A stretch of 64,000 bases of DNA from Parcubacteria group bacterium (lineage in GTDB: Bacteria > Patescibacteriota > Minisyncoccia > Moranbacterales > GCA-2747515), in NCBI GenBank assembly GCA_041660065.1, contig JBAZXC010000001.1, forward strand, positions 8,535 through 72,534, in the 5' to 3' direction. The position numbers were made by a program, and so were the translations under genes. The stretch's first letter is position 1. Each line of letters starts with the position of its first letter. Positions 1-8,378 of this stretch are shown here, piece after piece. Under the pieces are notes generated by a model. The model saw only the letters and a list, made by a program, of their open reading frames with translations, was not told the DNA's origin and made no database searches.

Positions 1-342
1 ATTACGTATTGGTCTTCTGCCTCGCGAGATCAAATCCTGTCAGGAGATACCGTGCATCTTTTGCCAGCCTTTGATGAGTTTGTGATCAGTTACCGAAATA
101 GGAAAATATTGCTGAAAGAACAAGAAAATAGCAAAGTGATCTCCAGTAATGGCATATTCAAACCGATCGTTGTGGCAAATGGACAAGTGATTGGTGTTTG
201 GTCTCGCTCTGTGAAGAGGGCAAAGATCATTGTAAGGATCGAATTGTTTCGACCCATGAGTCAAAAGATCAAAAATCTCATCGCGCAAGAAGTCGAGGCG
301 TATGGACGATATATGAACAAAATAGTGGAAATGGTGGTTTAA
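1..342 (+). CDS. C-terminal part of a winged-helix / AlkZ-like (HTH_42) DNA glycosylase family protein, 5'-truncated by the window
   Basis: Frame is open from base 1; motifs LLPAFDEFVISY and G.VIGVW are typical of the HTH_42 C-terminus. Confidence 0.7.
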   Translation: MTYWSSASRDQILSGDTVHLLPAFDEFVISYRNRKILLKEQENSKVISSNGIFKPIVVANGQVIGVWSRSVKRAKIIVRIELFRPMSQKIKNLIAQEVEAYGRYMNKIVEMVV

Positions 343-361
343 TCAATTAAGAGTTTTCATT

Positions 362-820
362 ATGTGTATTATGAAAGAATGCAATTATGAAAAAATGATT
401 ATTAAGACTTCCGATTTGGTGCACGAAAAATTCAAAGTGATCTATGCGAAGAAAAACAATGGAACACGGGTAAAGATCACTACAGATCAAGAATGGATCA
501 AATGTCATAAGACAAATCTAGCAGACCTCGCAAAACTTTGTTATGATGAATTGCCCGAAGACTGGAAAAAAGAGCGTTGGTGTGGAAGCAAGGCTGCACT
601 CGATGAGGTTTTAGCGGCAACGAGAGAAGGAAGGGCTTTTGATGAAGAGTTCATTGAAAGGGCAGCATTTGTAGTCCATGAGGATTGGTTGATTCGGAAC
701 ATAAACAGAGCCGAAAAAGAACACAGATTATCATATCAAGATCTTTCCGAGGATGTAAAAGAAAAAGATCGCATCTTTGTTCACGCAGCGATAGAAATTT
801 TACAGGAAAATTTAACATGA
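362..820 (+). CDS. Hypothetical protein with RyR-repeat-like motif
   Basis: 152-aa ORF; H..W ... SYQDLSEDVKEKDR and an internal echo, YDELPEDWKKE. Confidence 0.5.
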   Translation: MCIMKECNYEKMIIKTSDLVHEKFKVIYAKKNNGTRVKITTDQEWIKCHKTNLADLAKLCYDELPEDWKKERWCGSKAALDEVLAATREGRAFDEEFIERAAFVVHEDWLIRNINRAEKEHRLSYQDLSEDVKEKDRIFVHAAIEILQENLT

Positions 821-825
821 CTTTA

Positions 826-854
826 TTGACAAATACACAAAAAAATACTATATT
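826..854 (+). promoter_or_regulatory. sigma70-type promoter
   Basis: TTGACA-17 bp-TATATT upstream of ORF 955. Confidence 0.65.
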
Positions 855-954
855 GACTAGTTGTTGATAGATCGATTAGCAGCTACATCGTTGTTTAAAA
901 TAGTGTCTATAATAAATAGCCATCCGGTTTTCTATTTTATTGGGAGGAAATATC

Positions 955-1581
955 ATGCAAAGAGTTGAATTGATGGGGTTTTATGAAAATAGCGGTATTA
1001 TTAAAGATAGTATCGTGAGAACGATAAAGAAACATGGCATGTCGAATATTCTCATGTCGGCGTTTCCGAGTGCTGTTGTCAGTCATTTTTCCGATGATGG
1101 GAAGGAGAGTCTTATGCCGTATATCAAAATTGTTTCTGCGGAACTGTTACCGGCGCTTAGGATTCTCTCTGTGTTCAGGCGAGAAAATATTCATCAGAGC
1201 ATGTGTATTATTGCTGGTGATGTGTACGCGCATATTTTTGCAAATGATTTTGGTAAGAATTGTGTGTGTCTGAATGATAAAACACATTTTCTCTGGGATC
1301 CCTGTGCGGATTTTATGGAGCTCATGGTTAATATCAGTGTCTATCTGCAGGAACCGGCCTCCATAAATTTCATAGAAATATGGGATGGTCGCATGGTAAA
1401 GATTGAGCCAATATCTGAAAAAGGTGATCTGGATTCTCCTCAATTTGGCACATCAAAACAGAACTTAGAGAAGTGTGTGAGAAACCTTCTTAAGGAAAGC
1501 AAAGCATTTTGTTGTGAGACACAACAGAGAGTGCACCATGGCGATCTCATAGTTCTCCGCAAGGTCAGCATTTCTGAATAG
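955..1581 (+). CDS. Hypothetical protein (cassette cargo)
   Basis: ORF with GGGAGG RBS before ATG 955, own promoter and terminator; no recognised family. Confidence 0.65.
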   Translation: MQRVELMGFYENSGIIKDSIVRTIKKHGMSNILMSAFPSAVVSHFSDDGKESLMPYIKIVSAELLPALRILSVFRRENIHQSMCIIAGDVYAHIFANDFGKNCVCLNDKTHFLWDPCADFMELMVNISVYLQEPASINFIEIWDGRMVKIEPISEKGDLDSPQFGTSKQNLEKCVRNLLKESKAFCCETQQRVHHGDLIVLRKVSISE

Positions 1582-1601
1582 AGATCAAACATGAACAACG
1601 T

Positions 1602-1636
1602 AAGCCCGCTAGAAAAAGTATTTCTAGCGGGTTTTT
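1602..1636 (+). terminator. Rho-independent terminator
   Basis: AAGCCCGCTAGAAA / TTTCTAGCGGGTTT stem followed by a T-tract. Confidence 0.8.
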
Positions 1637-1667
1637 AATTTTTTTCGGATAATAAAGATGAATCGAT

Positions 1668-1701
1668 GGTTGGTTCTATCGGAGGAAGTTCGGACTTTTT
1701 T
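1668..1701. repeat. Degenerate copy of the cassette-junction (att-like) site
   Basis: GGTTGGTTCTATCGGAGGAAGTTCGGACTTTT aligns with TGTTGGCCCTATG|GGA(A/C)GA(A/C)GTTCGAA at 3586 and 4177. Confidence 0.55.
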
Positions 1702-1760
1702 ATGTACTGAATAGTATTTTTTGAAAAATATTCTTATATTGACACTGCATGTCACATTTC

Positions 1761-1789
1761 TTGACAACAATATTGTTTCGTGGTATATT
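1761..1789 (+). promoter_or_regulatory. sigma70-type promoter
   Basis: TTGACA-17 bp-TATATT, with TGG immediately before the -10. Confidence 0.6.
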
Positions 1790-1867
1790 TATACGATTTT
1801 TGGTTATTTGACAATATAAAAAACTACTCCACGGTGGAGTAAAATATCTGATGATAGGGGGTATGCT

Positions 1868-3415
1868 ATGGGCCTACGATCAAAAATTGCTGTGATGATC
1901 ATGGGGTTTCTTGTTGTGTTCATCGCTGCGAGCCATATGCTGCTCAACGCGATTTTCCAACCGGCGATCATTGTACATGAAAATGAGCATGTGGAGACAA
2001 ATGTGCGTCGTATCACGGAGGTGTTCCAAAATGAAATGAAACACCTTGATCAAATGTGTGCGGACTGGTCGTCGTGGGATGCTTCATATGCATTTATGGT
2101 CTCACGCGATCAAAAGTACATTGATGAGAACATTGATGATAGCACGTTCACGAATGCCAAGTTGAATCTTCTGCACTTTGTGGACATGGAGCATCAAACG
2201 ATATTTTCGCGTGTCTATGATTATGTGCAGAAAAGGGAGATCGATATTGATGAATTCTCACGTGACATGGTGAATGTGGATCGCTTTTTGATACCACGTA
2301 CGCATGATGATCGTGCGCTCGTTGATCAGTATGTGTCCGGCGTCGTTGCAACGAGTCGCGGCATGATGATCGTGTCGAGTCGTTTTATCCTGACAAGTCA
2401 AAATCAGGGACCGGCGCGTGGTGTGTTGATCATGGGGCGGTTCATTGAGCCAATGATCGATCGTATCAAAAAACAGATCGATATTGATTTTGATGTTATC
2501 GTTGATTATGATCGTTTCTACACACAAGAACAGTTGCGCGCACATCCGTACATGGTCAAAAAAGAGGGTGATGAGATGTTCTCAGTATATCAAGGTGTGC
2601 AGGATATACGTGGTGATATTGCATTTGTCGTGCATTTTTTCATACCACGTACATACTATACAGATTCAATGCGACTATTGAAATATGCCCATGTATCAAT
2701 CGCAGTATTTGCACTGGTGAACTTCTTTAGCGTGTTGTGCATATTGGAGATCTTGTGTTTTCGTCCTTTGTTGCGCCTCAAGAAGAGTATCGAGTATGCA
2801 CGCGAGAATCGTGAATTTACAACACACATCACGGTCAAGTCACAAGATGAAATCGGATCTCTTACGCGATCGTTCAGTGCCCTCTGTCAGGTCATCGCAC
2901 GGAACAATGCTGATCTGGAACGCCTTGCACAGACGGACATCTTGACTGGTGTGGCCAATCGTCGCTTTTTGGAAAAGTTTCTCTGTGCGGAGATCCAGAG
3001 ATCACAAAGAAGGAGTTTGATATTTTCGGTGTTGTTCTTTGACATTGATCATTTCAAGCAGATCAATGACGAGTATGGGCATCTGTGCGGGGATCATGTA
3101 TTACAAAAATTCGCGCAATTGCTCCAAGAAAATTCGCGCAAAGAAGATTTGGTAGTGCGATATGGTGGTGAAGAGTTCGTCATCGTCCTTCCTGATACTC
3201 ATAAGGATGATGCGCTGCAACATGCCGAGCGTCTGCGACAATTAATTGCAAACGCATCGATCGCATGGGGCGATCGAACGATCGTCATCACATCAAGTGT
3301 TGGGTGTGCAAGTTATCCACAAAATGGCGATACAGCTGAGCGAGTTGTATCAGCTGCGGACAATGCCCTTTATGCGGCAAAAGATCGTGGTCGCAATAGG
3401 GTTGTCGTTGCGTGA
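1868..3415 (+). CDS. Membrane diguanylate cyclase (CHASE4 sensor, HAMP, GGDEF)
   Basis: N-terminal TM; DWSSWD CHASE4 motif; second TM and HAMP (DEIG.L); D.LTG..NRR, DIDHFK.IND.YGH..GD, RKED I-site, RYGGEEF. Confidence 0.92.
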   Translation: MGLRSKIAVMIMGFLVVFIAASHMLLNAIFQPAIIVHENEHVETNVRRITEVFQNEMKHLDQMCADWSSWDASYAFMVSRDQKYIDENIDDSTFTNAKLNLLHFVDMEHQTIFSRVYDYVQKREIDIDEFSRDMVNVDRFLIPRTHDDRALVDQYVSGVVATSRGMMIVSSRFILTSQNQGPARGVLIMGRFIEPMIDRIKKQIDIDFDVIVDYDRFYTQEQLRAHPYMVKKEGDEMFSVYQGVQDIRGDIAFVVHFFIPRTYYTDSMRLLKYAHVSIAVFALVNFFSVLCILEILCFRPLLRLKKSIEYARENREFTTHITVKSQDEIGSLTRSFSALCQVIARNNADLERLAQTDILTGVANRRFLEKFLCAEIQRSQRRSLIFSVLFFDIDHFKQINDEYGHLCGDHVLQKFAQLLQENSRKEDLVVRYGGEEFVIVLPDTHKDDALQHAERLRQLIANASIAWGDRTIVITSSVGCASYPQNGDTAERVVSAADNALYAAKDRGRNRVVVA

Positions 3416-3425
3416 GCAAGGCAAG

Positions 3426-3462
3426 AAGCCTCATATACATATACTATGTACATGAGGCTTTT
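3426..3462 (+). terminator. Rho-independent terminator
   Basis: AAGCCTCAT...ATGAGGCTTTT. Confidence 0.75.
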
Positions 3463-3581
3463 GATTTGAAGAAGTATGTAAAATCTTTTGCTCATATACT
3501 CATGAAAAATGGGATTTTTGAATCGTGTTCAATTTTTGGAATTACTTGACATGCAAGTAAATTGCCACAAGACTGTGCTGA

Positions 3582-3706
3582 ATTTTGTTGGCCCTATGTC
3601 TGCCTGCCGGTAGGCAGGGGACGACGTTCGAACTTTTAATGGAAAATACCCAATAATATGGGGTTTTTACAATATTGACAAATAATCAAATATATGATAT
3701 AATATT
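3582..3706. repeat. Cassette-junction repeat copy A (att-like site, 20-bp palindrome insert, promoter)
   Basis: About 125-bp near-identical direct repeat of 4174-4299. Confidence 0.9.
3675..3703 (+). promoter_or_regulatory. Perfect consensus sigma70 promoter
   Basis: TTGACA-AATAATCAAATATATGA (17 bp)-TATAAT. Confidence 0.9.
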
Positions 3707-3756
3707 ATTCATACTAATGAAGCACGTAAATGTTGTTTACAAACAAGGAGATTATC

Positions 3757-4119
3757 ATGAAAAAGGTAATGATTAGTTTTTTCGCAGGTTTTTTCGCAGG
3801 GATTATTATTCTTGTTGCTATCGCAAATATTTACACAGTGTCTAATGTTTCAGCAACCTCTCAAGTGGGTAAGTCTGCATTTGACATGGGAACCCCGTTG
3901 GCGAAGGAGAATGAGGATGGTGTTGTGATTGTGGCTCATTCAAATCCTGGGTATGGAGGAAAACAAGCTCAAGCTATCATCAATCGTCGGGAACTTCTTC
4001 ATAAAAATGTTGTAGAGATGATGGAGAAGGATGGTTGGAACTCAGTTATTGAAGAAGTAAATCCGTTTGACCATACCAATCCCCGAGTGGTTTTTGCCAC
4101 TGTAATAAAGATTGACTAG
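3757..4119 (+). CDS. Small exported or membrane-anchored hypothetical protein (cassette cargo)
   Basis: AAGGAG RBS; MKK followed by a hydrophobic stretch. Confidence 0.75.
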   Translation: MKKVMISFFAGFFAGIIILVAIANIYTVSNVSATSQVGKSAFDMGTPLAKENEDGVVIVAHSNPGYGGKQAQAIINRRELLHKNVVEMMEKDGWNSVIEEVNPFDHTNPRVVFATVIKID

Positions 4120-4126
4120 AAAAAAG

Positions 4127-4160
4127 AAGAGCAATCAACTCAAATGAGTTGGTTGCTTTT
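4127..4160 (+). terminator. Rho-independent terminator
   Basis: AGCAATCAACTCA-AA-TGAGTTGGTTGCT then TTT. Confidence 0.8.
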
Positions 4161-4173
4161 AAATTTGTCAAAA

Positions 4174-4299
4174 AATTGTTGGCCCTATGCCTGCCTGCCG
4201 GTAGGCAGGGGAAGAAGTTCGAATACTTTTAATGAAAAATACCCAATAAATACGGGCATTTTAACTATTGACAAATAATCAAATATATGATACAATATT
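4174..4299. repeat. Cassette-junction repeat copy B (att-like site, 20-bp palindrome insert, promoter TTGACA-17-TACAAT at 4268-4296)
   Basis: Direct repeat of 3582-3706. Confidence 0.9.
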
Positions 4300-4377
4300 G
4301 TCTAGTTATATGATTCAATGGGTGAATCATACTTCAACGCAACGCCACAATGTGGCACCGCAACGGAGGTTTTTACA

Positions 4378-4737
4378 ATGGAAAACATAGCGCAAATTGT
4401 TTCAGAGGGAAGTTATTATGAAGTTCATGTGCAATTATCTGATGAATTGATTGGTAATATTGATCAATTAAAGTCATTGCTAAATGAATTTTTAAGTGGA
4501 TCGTATATACATGCATGCATGTTCCGATACGGCACCATTATCAAATTTAAATCTTCTGGATTTGGTGGGTGGTCCGAACAAACTGCACAGGTAGTTCTGA
4601 AAAAAGCATCTGCTTGTTTGCCGGTATATGTGCATGATACAACACTTCAAAAAAGAAAGAGACAAGTACGCGATGCACTCAACAAATGTACTGATCTCGA
4701 CACCATTGAAAAAATTGGTAATATTTTGAAAGTTTGA
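4378..4737 (+). CDS. Hypothetical protein (cassette cargo)
   Basis: GGAGGT RBS before ATG 4378; C-terminal KRQVRDALNK...IEKIGNILKV helix pair. Confidence 0.7.
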   Translation: MENIAQIVSEGSYYEVHVQLSDELIGNIDQLKSLLNEFLSGSYIHACMFRYGTIIKFKSSGFGGWSEQTAQVVLKKASACLPVYVHDTTLQKRKRQVRDALNKCTDLDTIEKIGNILKV

Positions 4738-4750
4738 TAAGACCAGTGAC

Positions 4751-4786
4751 AAACGACCCAATCACATAACTGTGAGGGGGTCGTTT
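4751..4786 (+). terminator. Hairpin terminator between the cassette and the convergent tRNA
   Basis: AAACGACCC..TCACA / TGTGA..GGGTCGTTT. Confidence 0.7.
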
Positions 4787-4806
4787 AATTTTATGATAAA
4801 AATTTG

Positions 4807-4878
4807 TTGGGCCGGTAGGATTCGAACCTACGCATCACGGGACCAGAACCCGTTGCCTTACCGCTTGGCTACGGCCCA
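4807..4878 (-). tRNA. tRNA-Gln(CTG), CCA not encoded
   Basis: Reverse strand: TGGGCCG acceptor stem, AGCCAAGCGGTAAGGC D-arm, ACGGG-TTCTGGT-CCCGT anticodon arm, GTAGG-TTCGAAT-CCTAC T-arm. Confidence 0.96.
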
Positions 4879-5017
4879 AAGATATGAATTACTTTATGCA
4901 TTATACACTATTTTATACTTTTGACAATTATGTACTGGACATCAAGAAATCTGCCTCTGCTGTTGATTTTTATGCAAAAATGTGGTATAATTGGACTTAA
5001 TATATGATCACAATTTT

Positions 5018-5560
5018 ATGGATGATCACAAAGAAAAAGAGCAGGGAATCGATGAGTTGCAAGGCAAGGTTGCTTATCTACAGAGTTTGACAGAAAAAAT
5101 CATCGATTCAACGCGGACGATCGACAATCACGCCAATGTGATGGTGGGTCTCAATACGGCGATCTTTGCGCTTGTGATGTCGATGATTTCTGAAGCGGAT
5201 CATTTGAAATTAACGATGGGTATTGTGGCTCTCTTCTCCTTATTATCAGCGATTGCGGCAGTTTTTGCCATTCGCTTGCCACGTCTTTTTTCACGAAAGA
5301 ATTATCCGATGAGTCTTTTCCATACGCGGCGGATCGCGCAATTTGATTCTGCCGATCAATATGCGCAAGAACTTCGCACGATCATACAGTCAGATGGGAG
5401 TTTGTTTACAGAATATGCGCGTGAGGCATACAATTTGTCAAAATATTATTATACACCAAAGAGGCGTATGCTTACATGGTCTCGCTACTTCTTTCTTTTT
5501 GGCGTGATTACCAGCGCTCTCTTCCTTCTCTTGGAAAAGATCAGTTGGTTTACTGTATAA
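5018..5560 (+). CDS. DUF5706 / Pycsar-effector (PycTM)-like membrane protein
   Basis: D..A...+ two TM helices, SLF...IA, Y...L, AYNLS...K...L..S and a final TM helix; TGGTATAAT extended -10 upstream. Confidence 0.6.
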   Translation: MDDHKEKEQGIDELQGKVAYLQSLTEKIIDSTRTIDNHANVMVGLNTAIFALVMSMISEADHLKLTMGIVALFSLLSAIAAVFAIRLPRLFSRKNYPMSLFHTRRIAQFDSADQYAQELRTIIQSDGSLFTEYAREAYNLSKYYYTPKRRMLTWSRYFFLFGVITSALFLLLEKISWFTV

Positions 5561-5633
5561 AATAAGTAGTGCGAAAAGCAGTAACTATTAACCTTTTTCC
5601 AATAAACAAAGATTGTGAACTTGTTGTTTCCTC

Positions 5634-5720
5634 GTCTTTGCGAGGAGCGAAGTGAAACGTAGCGACGAAGCAATCTCAGTCAGTGTTCAAGATTGCTTCG
5701 TCGTTCCTCCTCGCAATGAC
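5634..5720. repeat. REP/RPE-like palindrome (GTC(A/T)TTGCGAG...AATCT / AGATT...CTCGCAATGAC), gene-less copy
   Basis: Two inverted arms forming a long hairpin in an intergenic region. Confidence 0.8.
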
Positions 5721-5837
5721 AAGAATATTTGTATTTTGCGCATCTTTGACAAGGTGCTTTTTTTGATCTACAATAGCGGACTGTTCGTTAAATGATTTTT
5801 TACCAATAAAACTCTTCATATAAGATGGAGGTGAGAT

Positions 5838-6515
5838 ATGCCATTGCACAAGATCGAGAAGATGCTCTCGTTTGCAGAAAATGAAAAGACGTTTTTTGAG
5901 CGCATTCGGAAATATCATTCGGTGTATTCTCCTGAATATCGTATGATCGAGCGCGCTTATGATAATGCTCTCAATGCTTTTTCGGAAACATATCGTGATG
6001 GAGGACAGCCTTACTTTACGCATGTGCGCGCAGTTGCAATTATTCTAATCGAGTATTTGCATATCTATGAACGCGCGGATCTGATATACGCTCCGCATGA
6101 ATTGCTTATCACGGGAATGTTGCATGACAATCCGGAGGATCGGCCTGATATTTGGCCACTTAGTCGTGTTGCGCGTGATTACAATGAAAATGTTGCACTA
6201 CTTTCGGATTATATCTCCAAAAGGCCGAAGGCAGAGTTTGGTGGCAATGAAGAAAAGCAACTGGCATTTTATCACAACCGATTCTCGACGGCGCCAAAGG
6301 ATGTTTTTATTATCAAGCTCTCAGACCGTCTTCATAATCAATTGACGTTGTGGAGCTGTGATGAGCAGAAGATCCGGCGGAAAATGCAGGAAACGCAAGA
6401 TATCTATCTGCCGTTGGCGCGTAAATGGGGGATATTGGTACATGAGTTGGAAGCGACGATTGATAGTTTTGAAGATCGTCTCAAACAGCATTTGCAAAAA
6501 TGTGCAATTCTATGA
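5838..6515 (+). CDS. Stand-alone RelA/SpoT-type HD hydrolase (small alarmone hydrolase-like)
   Basis: R..G.PY..H, LHD..ED, IKLSDRLHN, ET..IY.PLA..G; no synthetase domain; GGAGG RBS. Confidence 0.8.
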   Translation: MPLHKIEKMLSFAENEKTFFERIRKYHSVYSPEYRMIERAYDNALNAFSETYRDGGQPYFTHVRAVAIILIEYLHIYERADLIYAPHELLITGMLHDNPEDRPDIWPLSRVARDYNENVALLSDYISKRPKAEFGGNEEKQLAFYHNRFSTAPKDVFIIKLSDRLHNQLTLWSCDEQKIRRKMQETQDIYLPLARKWGILVHELEATIDSFEDRLKQHLQKCAIL

Positions 6516-6524
6516 ATTATCACA

Positions 6525-6554
6525 GGCGATTGGAGAAATCCAGTCGCCTTTTTT
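6525..6554 (+). terminator. Rho-independent terminator
   Basis: AGGCGATTGGA-GAAA-TCCAGTCGCCT then TTTTT. Confidence 0.75.
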
Positions 6555-6573
6555 AATGTAGTATAATGAATAT

Positions 6574-7251
6574 ATGGAAAGCAGTGAAGGATTTTATGTG
6601 ATCAATAAGCCACTCGGGATGAGTTCCCAGCGTGTGGTGCAGGTCGTCAAATATTGGGCGCGAAAAAAAACCGGTAACAAAAAGATCAAAGTGGGGCATG
6701 GTGGCACACTTGATCCGCTTGCAACGGGTGTTTTGATCGTGGCAGTGGGACGGGAATATACCAAAAATATCAATGCGATCGTTACCGCGACAAAGGAATA
6801 CGAAGCGAAGGTTTTTCTGGGAGCAACGAGCACAACAGATGATGCCGAAGGTGAAAAAACGATCCATGATGTTTTGCATGAGCTATCACAAAAGGATATC
6901 GAACGGGTGTTGCAAAAATTCATCGGGGACGTTGCACAGACACCGCCGGCATACAGCGCGATCAAGATCGCGGGCAAGGAAGCATATAAGCGCGTAAGGC
7001 GGGGCGAGGTTGTGGAAATGCAATCGCGCACCGTGCATATTGATGCGATCGAGATCATGTCATACACATACCCGATCGTGGACATTCGTGTGACATGTGG
7101 CAAGGGGACATATATCCGTTCGCTTGCGCGCGATATCGGTGAGTGTCTCGGTACGGGTGCATATATGGCGGGATTGGTGCGTACGCGCATTGGCGAGTTT
7201 ATGCTTGCTCAAGCGCGATCACTTGAAGACTTTGACTACAAAAAACTATGA
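6574..7251 (+). CDS. truB: tRNA pseudouridine(55) synthase, short form
   Basis: INKP.GMSS, KVGHGGTLDPLATGVL, QTPPAYSAIK, CGKGTYIRSLARDIG. Confidence 0.96.
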   Translation: MESSEGFYVINKPLGMSSQRVVQVVKYWARKKTGNKKIKVGHGGTLDPLATGVLIVAVGREYTKNINAIVTATKEYEAKVFLGATSTTDDAEGEKTIHDVLHELSQKDIERVLQKFIGDVAQTPPAYSAIKIAGKEAYKRVRRGEVVEMQSRTVHIDAIEIMSYTYPIVDIRVTCGKGTYIRSLARDIGECLGTGAYMAGLVRTRIGEFMLAQARSLEDFDYKKL

Positions 7252-8366
7252 AAATTGCCGTACATACCAAAGAATTGGAAAACGCGCGGATCGATGGCAC
7301 GATGGTGTATATTGCAAATGTTTTGCATGCAATGCAACATATGATCGGCGAGGATGACCTGTATCTCTATCATACGCGGCCATACAATGTACACGTGCCC
7401 ATTGCGGAGCATCCGCAAATGCATGATCGCACTATGCCACACTGTCCGGTGTGGACGCAGACGCGATTTGCACGCGCGTTGTGGCAGGATAAGTGTGACG
7501 TGTTATGGATGCCATTGCACAACATGCCGTACTTGCGTCGCAAAAATATGCGTACCGTTGTGACGATCCATGATCTCGCATTCAAATTTTATCCGCAAAC
7601 ATTTCCTACGAAAGATCGTTTCCTCATCAATTTGTGCACAGATCATGCAGTGCGGGTCGCTGATGCGGTGATCGCTGTTTCGGCATCGACAAAAAAAGAC
7701 CTCCTCGCGATTTATCCGTCACTGCGAGAGGATCAAATCCATGTCATCCATCATGGTTTTGATCCGCATGTGTGGCAGAAACATGTTTCTGTACATGATG
7801 CACATATGACGTTGCAACGTTACGGTGTGCGATCACGTGACTATCTCATTCATGTGGGAGCGATTCAGCCACGCAAAAATCTGACGGTGCTTATTGATGC
7901 CTTTGCACAAGTTAAAAAAGAATCTCCGCAACTTAAGCTTGTGCTTGTTGGCGGGGATGGATGGCTTGCACAAGGCATTCACGCACACATTGCGCGCAGT
8001 CCCTATAAAGGGGATATCGTTGTCACAGGTAATATTGCTTTTGCCGATGTACACATATTGATGCAAAACGCATCTGTTTGTGTTTTGCCGTCTCTTTATG
8101 AAGGTTTTGGCATATCGGGACTGGAGGCGATGGCGGCCGGGGTACCGGTTGTCGCGGCGGACAATTCGTGTTTTGGTGAAGTGCTCGGTGATGGCGCGAT
8201 ATATTTTGATGCAAAAAACGTTGCAAAGTGTGCGGAGGCGATCGCAACGGTTTTGTGTGATCACGACAAAAAGAATATCTTGATCGCGCAAGCGCAAAAA
8301 AGAGCCGACATGTTTTCATGGGAAGAATGCGCGCGCAAAACATTGGATGTGTTGCGTGCAAGATAG
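7248..8366 (+). CDS. Glycosyltransferase family 4
   Basis: VVTIHDL, G.IQPRKN, PSLYEGFG...LEAMA.G.PV. Confidence 0.92.
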   Translation: MKIAVHTKELENARIDGTMVYIANVLHAMQHMIGEDDLYLYHTRPYNVHVPIAEHPQMHDRTMPHCPVWTQTRFARALWQDKCDVLWMPLHNMPYLRRKNMRTVVTIHDLAFKFYPQTFPTKDRFLINLCTDHAVRVADAVIAVSASTKKDLLAIYPSLREDQIHVIHHGFDPHVWQKHVSVHDAHMTLQRYGVRSRDYLIHVGAIQPRKNLTVLIDAFAQVKKESPQLKLVLVGGDGWLAQGIHAHIARSPYKGDIVVTGNIAFADVHILMQNASVCVLPSLYEGFGISGLEAMAAGVPVVAADNSCFGEVLGDGAIYFDAKNVAKCAEAIATVLCDHDKKNILIAQAQKRADMFSWEECARKTLDVLRAR

Positions 8367-8378
8367 ATAGTGGTCATC

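Noticed and set aside
3582-4299. CRISPR array or classical integron attC sites
   Set aside because: Only 2-3 repeats separated by whole genes; no cas or intI gene; no RYYYAAC...GTTRRRY attC structure
1-4878. Prophage at tRNA-Gln
   Set aside because: No integrase, structural, terminase or replication genes recognisable within the window
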